16,480 bases of DNA, from the NCBI GenBank assembly GCA_030141605.1, contig JAQGDQ010002506.1:1-16480 (forward strand), in the 5' to 3' direction. Origin of the DNA: Tubiluchus corallicola (lineage: Eukaryota > Animalia > Priapulida). A program made the position numbers and the translations under genes. The notes below the pieces were generated by a model. The model was not told the DNA's origin. It did no database searches and saw only the letters and a program-made list of their open reading frames with translations. Of the stretch, positions 1 through 7,139 are shown piece after piece; within the stretch, counting starts at the first letter, position 1, and every line of letters begins with the position of its first letter.

Positions 1-802
1 ACTGTTGAAGTTCATCAGTTTCTGTTTCTGCGCTAGCCTGCAATGTAGTAGATTGTTGAACTTCATCTGTTTCTGCTTCTGTTTCTGTGCTAGCTTGCGA
101 TGTAGCAGACTGTTGAAGTTCATCTGTTTGTGCATCTGCGCTACTCTGCACTGTAGCAGCCTGTTGAAGTTCATCTGTTTCTGTTTCCGCGCTAGCCTGT
201 GATGTAGTAGACTGTTGAAGTTCATCTGTTTCTGTTTCTGTGCTAGTCTGTGATGCAGTAGCCTGTTGAAGTTCATTTGTCTGTGTTTCTATGCTACCTT
301 GCAATGTAGTAGACTGTTGAAGTTCATCTGTTTCTGTTTCTGCACTAGCCTGTGATGTAGTAGACTGTTGAAGTTCATCTGTTTCTGTTTCTGTGCTAGC
401 CTGTGATGTAGTAGCCTGTTGAAGTTCATCTGTTTGTGCATCTGTGCTACTCTGCAATGTAGTAGATTGTTGAAGCTCATCTGTCTGTGTTTCTGTGCTA
501 GCTTGCAATGTAGAAGACGGTTGAAGTTCATCTGTTTGTGCATCTGTGCTACTCTGCAATGTAGTAGATTGTTGAAGCTCATCTGTCTGTGTTTCTGTGC
601 TAGCTTGCAATGTAGAAGACGGTTGAAGTTCATCTGTTTGTGCATCTGTGCTACTCTGCACTGTAGTAGATTGTTGAAGCTCATCTGTCTGTGTTTCTGC
701 GCTAGCCTGTGATGTAGTAGACTGTTGAAGTTCATCTGTTTCTGTTTCTGTGCTAGCCTGTGATGCAGTAGACTGCTGAAGTTCATCTGTCTGTGTTTGT
801 GT
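1..802. repeat. 51-bp tandem repeat, 15 full units plus a partial one; one unit is 57 bp and 415-720 shows alternating (102-bp) variants
   Basis: The motif (a/c)(c/t)tgttgaagttcatctgt, with minor variants, recurs at 1, 52, 109, 160, 211, 262, 313, 364, 415, 466, 517, 568, 619, 670, 721 and 772. Confidence 0.97.
2..802 (-). CDS. Internal fragment of a mucin-like S/T/Q/E-rich repeat protein (unit ~TDELQQSTTSQASTETE); probably foreign to this genome
   Basis: Hand translation of sampled units in the minus frame 802->2 gives TQTQTDELQQSTASQASTETETD... with no stop seen. Unit length (51) and the only length variant (+6 nt) both preserve frame. No start or stop lies in the window, so the frame is absent from the ORF track. 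Confidence 0.6.
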
Positions 803-850
803 AGCAATACGTAACTTACTTCAGTGTACTTCGTTCAGTTACGTATTGCT
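803..850. other. Back-to-back Oxford Nanopore ligation-adapter sequence (chimeric junction, artefact)
   Basis: 825-850 TGTACTTCGTTCAGTTACGTATTGCT matches the ONT ligation adapter top strand as I recall it (AATGTACTTCGTTCAGTTACGTATTGCT). 803-816 AGCAATACGTAACT is the reverse complement of its 3' end. The sequences on either side are unrelated. Confidence 0.95.
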
Positions 851-852
851 CT

Positions 853-1650
853 TTGTGCAGCGGCCAGGAAGAAGGCTTTCACCAAAGAGTGAAAATCACC
901 AGCTTGGAAAACAATAAGCATATAGGTAAAATCGTAGACAAAACCATTCAGAAACTGGTTAGAGACCACCTGCAAGACAAGCTCGGTATCGATGTTGCCA
1001 ACCCCAAAGGGTTCAAAATACCCAAAGATGCATTCTTTAAAGATGGAAAGTGGAGGCTCTCCCTCTGCAATAAAAAAGGTGGAGAGAGAGTACCCATAAA
1101 GAAGGTGCGCATAAAGAAAACTATAGGCAATGCAGTTAAGCTAAAATCCGATATAAACCAACACGTTAATCCTCAAAATAACCACCACACACTTATCTAT
1201 AAAGATAGTGAGGGGAACCTGCATGAGGATGTAGTGCTGTTCTGGACAGCAGTGGAAAGAAAGCTCCAAAAAATGCCGGTGTACCAGATGCCCCGGAAAG
1301 GTAAAGAGATCGTTACAGTTATGGAGATCAACGATATGTTCCTGCTGGGCATATCAGATGAGGAGTTTGAAGCAAACAGGCACAACTATAGATACCTGAG
1401 CAAACACCTCTACAGGGTTCAGAAGTGCTCATCCGGCAACTATAATTTCAGGCACCATCTGGCTTCAACCATCAACAACGATGAACAGCTGGTGCGTATA
1501 AGTAGCTTTAAAAGCTGGGAAAAGGTAAACCCTATCAAAGTAAAAGTAAATGAGCTTGGAGAGATTGTAGAGGCACAGCACAAAGAATGCGGTCAGAGGC
1601 GGGTACACTCTGCACACCCTCCATCCAAAAAAACCGTCAGCACCATGTAG
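853..1650 (+). CDS. cas9: Cas9 C-terminal fragment (WED/PAM-interacting region), type II-C, Bacteroidota-like; 5'-truncated at the adapter junction
   Basis: Motifs NNHHTLIY-D-EG---EDVV-FW-AVER, INDMFLLG, HLYRVQK-S, FRHHLAS and PIKVKVNELGEI are typical of Bacteroidota Cas9 C-termini. It lies directly upstream of cas1. The TTG at 853 is not a real start. Confidence 0.88.
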   Translation: MCSGQEEGFHQRVKITSLENNKHIGKIVDKTIQKLVRDHLQDKLGIDVANPKGFKIPKDAFFKDGKWRLSLCNKKGGERVPIKKVRIKKTIGNAVKLKSDINQHVNPQNNHHTLIYKDSEGNLHEDVVLFWTAVERKLQKMPVYQMPRKGKEIVTVMEINDMFLLGISDEEFEANRHNYRYLSKHLYRVQKCSSGNYNFRHHLASTINNDEQLVRISSFKSWEKVNPIKVKVNELGEIVEAQHKECGQRRVHSAHPPSKKTVSTM

Positions 1651-1695
1651 CTGCAACCAACTGTAAAACCCTTAAAACGGAGCTCCGGCCGGATT

Positions 1696-2589
1696 ATGCT
1701 TAAACGCACCATTTTCATCACAAACCCCGCATATATCAGCACCCGCAATGAGCAGCTGATTATACGGCTCGACAAGCACAAAACAGAGGCTACCATACCT
1801 ATTGAGGATATAGGCTTTGTGGTGATGGAGCACCCGCAAACCACCATAACCCTGCCCGCTGCGCAAAAGCTGAATGCAAACAATGTGGCGGTGGTGCTGT
1901 GCGATGAAAAACGCCACCCCAATGCAATGCTGCTAAACCTCGACGGGCACCACCTGCAGGGAGAGCTATTCAGGCAGCAGATAGCAGCATCCCTGCCCCT
2001 GAAAAAACAGCTGTGGCAACAAACAGTCAGACAGAAGATAAAAAACCAGGCCGGCACGCTCACATCTCTAAACAAAAGTGCCGGGGCGCTACCCTCTTAC
2101 GCTGCCGGGGTAAAAAGCGGAGACAGCTCCAACAGGGAGGGGGCTGCAGCAGGAGAGTACTGGAAACGGCTGTTTGGCAATGGGTTTACACGCGACAGAT
2201 ACGGCAGCAACCCAAACCCGTTCCTAAACTACGGATACGCCATACTCAGGGCAGCGGTGGCAAGGGCGCTAACAGGCTCAGGACTGCTCCCAACACTCGG
2301 CATACACCACCACAACAGGTACAACGCATTCTGCCTCGCAGATGATATAATGGAGCCATACCGCCCATTTGTAGACATAGCCGTACACAACCTCTGGAAA
2401 CCACACCAGAACAGCAAACAGACCCTCGACAAGCAGATAAAAAAACATCTGCTGCAACTCCTGTCTACAGATGTGGAGATCGGCAATATAAAACGGCCGC
2501 TTATGATAGCCCTCTCCTCTACAACAGCGTCGCTGGCACGCTGCTTCGACGGTAAAGCAAAACAGATAACATACCCCGCAATAAACTAA
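1696..2589 (+). CDS. cas1: CRISPR-associated endonuclease Cas1, type II
   Basis: 297 aa with [64 protein letters not shown]. Confidence 0.98.
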   Translation: [297 protein letters not shown]

Positions 2590-2602
2590 CATCCCGCCCG
2601 GC

Positions 2603-2944
2603 ATGAACTCTTACAAACGACTAAACGCATATCACATCATGTGGCTATTTGTACTCTTCGACCTACCAACCACCACCACAAAAGAGCGAAAAGACGCAGC
2701 ACGGTTCCGCAAAGGCCTTATACAGGACGGGTTCACCATGATGCAGTTCTCCGTATACACACGCCACTGCGCCAGCAAAGAAAGCAGCGAAATACACATA
2801 AAACGTGTAAAGTCGATAATACCGGAAAGAGGGAAAATAAGCATACTGTCTATCACCGACAAACAGTACGGCAACATTGTAAACTACTGGGGTGCCAAAT
2901 CAAAAAAACTGCCCGAAACACCAAGGCAGCTCGAGCTGTTCTGA
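2603..2944 (+). CDS. cas2: CRISPR-associated endonuclease Cas2
   Basis: 113 aa with MWLFVLFDLP, FRK-L--DGF-MMQFSVY-RHC, ITDKQY and a C-terminal QLELF. It follows cas1. No csn2 or cas4 lies before the array, consistent with II-C. Confidence 0.98.
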   Translation: MNSYKRLNAYHIMWLFVLFDLPTTTTKERKDAARFRKGLIQDGFTMMQFSVYTRHCASKESSEIHIKRVKSIIPERGKISILSITDKQYGNIVNYWGAKSKKLPETPRQLELF

Positions 2945-3245
2945 CCACAAACAGAAAAGAGAATGAAAAACCTTCTACACCCCCCCAAGCACACCGACAC
3001 ACACCGAAAAAAACCGGTGAAAACTTTCAGGCCGCTCACGTAAACAGTGATTTACAAAAAGGGGTTCGCAAAAACCTCAGTACGCTGCCCCTTTTCTATT
3101 AAAAATTGCTACATTTACCCTCCGTTCCTTGACACTAAGGATAGCAAAACTGTAATAAAATCGGATCAGACCGCTTCTGTGTTACCATTTTTCTATAAAC
3201 AAAATGCAGCACAAGCCCCGTAGATAGAGGGGTAACTAGCGCGCA
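2945..3245 (+). promoter_or_regulatory. CRISPR leader region
   Basis: Non-coding 301 bp between cas2 and the first perfect repeat; the degenerate repeat is at the opposite end of the array. Small hairpin GCCCC(3215-3219)/GGGGT(3229-3233) near the repeat. Promoter not located. Confidence 0.65.
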
Positions 3246-4553
3246 GTTGTGGTTTGACTCAAATAAAAGATAAGATATACCAGATTTTATTATGCTTATC
3301 ACAACTCTGAAGTTGTGGTTTGACTCAAATAAAAGATAAGATATACCGAGGAATTAAGAAAGATCTCAATTCCTCCTGTTGTGGTTTGACTCAAATAAAA
3401 GATAAGATATACCGATATTGGCGCAATTTGACGCGGAAAGGGAGTTGTGGTTTGACTCAAATAAAAGATAAGATATACCATATCTAATTTATAATTTTTA
3501 TTATTGCTTGTTGTGGTTTGACTCAAATAAAAGATAAGATATACCAATATTAGACACTGTAATGTCTTGAGAACTGTTGTGGTTTGACTCAAATAAAAGA
3601 TAAGATATACCGAGTTATCTACAGCTATATCCGCCGAGTCTGTTGTGGTTTGACTCAAATAAAAGATAAGATATACCGATATATAACAGCGGGGGATAGC
3701 AAGGTGGTTGTGGTTTGACTCAAATAAAAGATAAGATATACCATCTATCCATGATACATCCTTTGAATTGTCGTTGTGGTTTGACTCAAATAAAAGATAA
3801 GATATACCAAAACCACTGTTCATGATAATTATTTTGCCGTTGTGGTTTGACTCAAATAAAAGATAAGATATACCGTTAAAAGATGTAAATGTAACTACTA
3901 AAGAGTTGTGGTTTGACTCAAATAAAAGATAAGATATACCTTTAAGGGGTAAAATGTAAAAGCTGATGTTGTGGTTTGACTCAAATAAAAGATAAGATAT
4001 ACCTTTTATTAAAACTTAACATTAATATGTTGTGGTTTGACTCAAATAAAAGATAAGATATACCGCTGAAATTTAGGCAATGCTGAAATTTACGTTGTGG
4101 TTTGACTCAAATAAAAGATAAGATATACCTTAAATATTCTGCAAAATGTTCATCAATTTGTTGTGGTTTGACTCAAATAAAAGATAAGATATACCTCAGG
4201 ACAATACAGGGAGCTTAAGTTTTCAGTTGTGGTTTGACTCAAATAAAAGATAAGATATACCTAATAATGATCGTTATAATGTTGATTGTTTGTTGTGGTT
4301 TGACTCAAATAAAAGATAAGATATACCAGTACATCCAGCTCGCTTAAACTGCAGTTGTTGTGGTTTGACTCAAATAAAAGATAAGATATACCATCAACGT
4401 GGACATCTTGTTGAATTTATGCGTTGTGGTTTGACTCAAATAAAAGATAAGATATACCGGCCTTCAACCTGCTGACCTTGTGGTGGTTGTTGTGGTTTGA
4501 CTCAAATAAAAGATAAGATATACCGGCGTGTAACAAGGTGTAAGTTGTGGTTT
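3246..4553 (+). CRISPR. CRISPR array: 20 identical 36-nt repeats GTTGTGGTTTGACTCAAATAAAAGATAAGATATACC with 19 spacers, then a 19-nt spacer and a truncated repeat
   Basis: Repeat starts at 3246, 3312, 3378, 3444, 3510, 3576, 3642, 3707, 3773, 3839, 3905, 3968, 4029, 4094, 4160, 4226, 4292, 4357, 4423 and 4489. Spacers are mostly 30 nt (three of 29, one of 27, one of 25). Partial repeat GTTGTGGTTT at 4544-4553. Strand inferred from the 5' GTT convention of type II repeats and from leader position. Confidence 0.99.
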
Positions 4554-4607
4554 ACCAAAGCAATGTTTATTGGGCTCTATCTATTGCTTCGCTTCACCCT
4601 GTTTTTT

Positions 4608-5387
4608 TTATATCTCTTTTTTACAATGAGGACAAACCTGTTTCTCTTTTTTGACTCTCTCCAAAAATCCGAAACTAATAATACCTGTAGGCAAAGCAAC
4701 TATCCCTATACTCAATACAGCAATAATACCACTTATAAGCTTACCCCAACCTGTAACAGGTGTTACATCTCCATAACCTATCGTAGTCAAAGTAATAACA
4801 GCCCACCAAAGCGTACTCAACACATTAGGGAAAACATCAGGCTGAGCCTCTCGCTCAACGTGATACATCAAAAATGAAGATAATGCCAATACAAATACAA
4901 TAACAAACAGTATCGTTCCCAGCTCCGACCTTTTTGCCTTTACCACATCCCATATAACTATCATAGAACTATTGTATTTGTTCAGCTTTAAAAGCCTAAA
5001 AAGCCTTGAAAGTCTTAAAACCTCCAACGACTTTAAATTCATCCTAGTAAACAAGAACAAATAAAAAGGGAAAATGGCAAGTAAGTCTACAAGACCATAA
5101 AATGAAAATACAAACTTTAACACTGAGCGCAACCTGCTTTTCGAAGGATGTGTCAAATCTGAAATATACAACCGAAGCAAATACTCAATAGAAAATATTA
5201 CAGAAGCTATAATCTCAGATACAATAAAAAACCTGACAAGGGATTCATTATCACTTTGCATCGTAAGAATAGCGATAGAAATAACATTGAAGAGAATAAG
5301 CCCAATAATAAAATAATCAACGTACAAATTATACTTAGAGCTGTGAGAACCTTTTTCTAATAGTTTATATATTTTGTATTTTAACAT
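4608..5387 (-). CDS. Ion transporter / voltage-gated-type potassium channel (6TM)
   Basis: 259 aa with several hydrophobic helices, VDLLAIFPFY, S4-like LRLSRLFRLLK, pore WWAVITLTTIGYGD (K+ filter) and C-terminal CPHC. Confidence 0.93.
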   Translation of the reverse strand: MLKYKIYKLLEKGSHSSKYNLYVDYFIIGLILFNVISIAILTMQSDNESLVRFFIVSEIIASVIFSIEYLLRLYISDLTHPSKSRLRSVLKFVFSFYGLVDLLAIFPFYLFLFTRMNLKSLEVLRLSRLFRLLKLNKYNSSMIVIWDVVKAKRSELGTILFVIVFVLALSSFLMYHVEREAQPDVFPNVLSTLWWAVITLTTIGYGDVTPVTGWGKLISGIIAVLSIGIVALPTGIISFGFLERVKKEKQVCPHCKKEI

Positions 5388-5476
5388 TATATAATGTAAG
5401 TATAAAATTTCCGAAATACTACTGTTAACCAGGCATTTATATCAAAACTCAAACCTGCACCTCTTCACTAAAGCTT

Positions 5477-6346
5477 CTACTCAAAAATAATTGTCTTATT
5501 CTTAAACGTAAGAATCTTCCTTGTAATATGTTTCTGTACAGCATCCGAAAGCACTATCTTCTCTAAATCCCTACCCTTTTCAATCAACCTACTCACATCA
5601 TTCTTATGCGATATATGAGCTATATCCTGCCCTATAATAGGCCCTGCGTCCAACTCATCTGTCACATAATGACTTGTTGCACCTATCAGTTTTACTCCTC
5701 GCTCGTGTGCAGCGTGATAAGGCTTTGCCCCTACAAACGCAGGCAGAAACGAATGGTGTATATTGATTATTCTATTCGGATACCTACTTATTACTTTATT
5801 GGTAAGTATCTGCATATACCTTGCCAACACTATAAAATCTACTCTATAGCTTTCTAACAATTTTAAGATTTTTCCCTCCTGATCTTCCTTGTTTTCTTTT
5901 GTTATAGGAAAACAATGGTAATCTATATTGAATCGCTTAGCTACTTCCTCTAAATCAGGATGATTGCTCACTACGAGTGGAATCTCCACGCTCCACTCAC
6001 AGTTTTTATAACGTGCCAACATATCATACAAGCAGTGAGACATCTTAGATACAAAGACCGCCATACGCGAAGCATTTTCGGAGAAGTAAATACTACAGAC
6101 CATTTTGTACTTAGCAGAAAACTCCGCATCAAAAACCTCCTCAATTTTTTCTTTGGATATACAAAACTCTTCCAACTCCCACTCCACCCTCATAAAAAAA
6201 GCCTTTTCTGGTATATCTACATGCTGGTCGAGATAAATGATATTACCCCCATTTTGATTAATAAAATCAGTAATAGAAGCAAGAATACCTTTCTGGTCGG
6301 GACAAGACAGTAACAAAATAGCCGTGCTCTTTTGCCTATTTACCAT
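5477..6346 (-). CDS. purU: Formyltetrahydrofolate deformylase
   Basis: 289 aa with N-terminal ACT domain [76 protein letters not shown]. Confidence 0.97.
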   Translation of the reverse strand: [289 protein letters not shown]

Positions 6347-6484
6347 ACTCTTTAATTAATTTTTATAGTAATTCTCAAAACAACTATTCATTCATTTAAT
6401 CCAGCTCTACTTCTAAATATATTAGGTAGTTACAGGCTAAATTGCTTTATAAAGAACATAAGCTCACACTCTTGCAAAAAAAAA

Positions 6485-6981
6485 TCAGACTGTACTATCC
6501 ATCTCCTTTTTACATCGGGAGCAAACCTGCTGTTGCTTATTAAGCTTCCCCAAAAAACCCGCACTTATAATCCCTGTGGGTAACGCAATTATTCCAATGC
6601 CTAAAATAGCAATTATTCCCTTAATAAGTTTACCTGAACTCGTTATTGGAACCACATCAGTTCCTGCTTTTGTTAATGTTGTAAGAGACCACCACAATGA
6701 ACTCAAAGTATTAGGGAAAGCTTCAGGCTGCACATCACTCTCTATATAATAAATTAGAAATGACGCTACTACTATAATCAATAATACTAAGAACAAAGTC
6801 ATTGCCAACTCTAATCTTTTTTCTTTTATCACCGTTGTTATAATATCCACTGACCTACTATATCGTTCTAATTTCAAAACCCTTAGAAACCTTATCAATC
6901 TTAATATTCTCAGAAATTTTAAATCCACTTTTATAAGAAACGGAATATAAAAAGGCAAAATGGCAGCAAATCTACTACACC
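6485..6981 (-). pseudogene. 5'-truncated, frameshifted paralogue of the ion transporter at 4608-5387
   Basis: AILPFY...LRILRLIRFLRVLKL...QPEAFPN-LS-LWW...ALPTGIISAGFL...CSRC aligns to the C-terminal part of the first copy. GVVDL (6981-6967) is one base out of frame with AILP. No channel homology seen upstream of ~6981. The filter reads TLTKAGTD instead of TLTTIGYGD. Confidence 0.75.
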
Positions 6982-7139
6982 TACTCCCCACCTACACTAC
7001 GCACCTCCACACCCTCAAACACACCTAAAAACGTAGTCTCACCTATCGCCTTGAACATATCTGCCATATCTTTCCCCCAAGCAATATCTCCTAAACTTGT
7101 TGAGCCGTTGTAAGCTGCTCTTCACCGTGTGTCATCACA

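Noticed and set aside
1-802. The tandem repeat as a second CRISPR-like array or a natural insertion in cas9
   Set aside because: The whole 51-bp unit is repeated with no unique spacers, and it is joined to cas9 through sequencing adapter.
5-807. Cys-rich ORFs 5-202 and 419-712, and the Q/H/L-rich ORF 289-807
   Set aside because: Alternative frames of the tandem repeat that are broken by stops in some units. The start of 289-807 lies within adapter sequence.
803-850. 14-bp inverted repeat as a terminator, tracrRNA hairpin or transposon end
   Set aside because: Explained by head-to-head nanopore adapters.
853-1650. A novel 265-aa miniature Cas effector
   Set aside because: It is the C-terminal part of a normal Cas9 cut at the chimeric junction; no RuvC-I or HNH motifs are present.
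2944-2951. ACCACAA after cas2 as a tracrRNA anti-repeat
   Set aside because: Only ~7 nt complementary to the repeat, which is chance level.
4525-4543. Terminal short spacer resembling the 16S rRNA 3' motif GTAACAAGGT or channel-gene bases ~4752-4763 (self-targeting)
   Set aside because: Only 10-12 nt of similarity, one case gapped; not significant.
3299-4877. ORFs 3299-3823 (-) and 4497-4877 (+)
   Set aside because: Translations of the CRISPR array and of the antisense strand of the channel gene.
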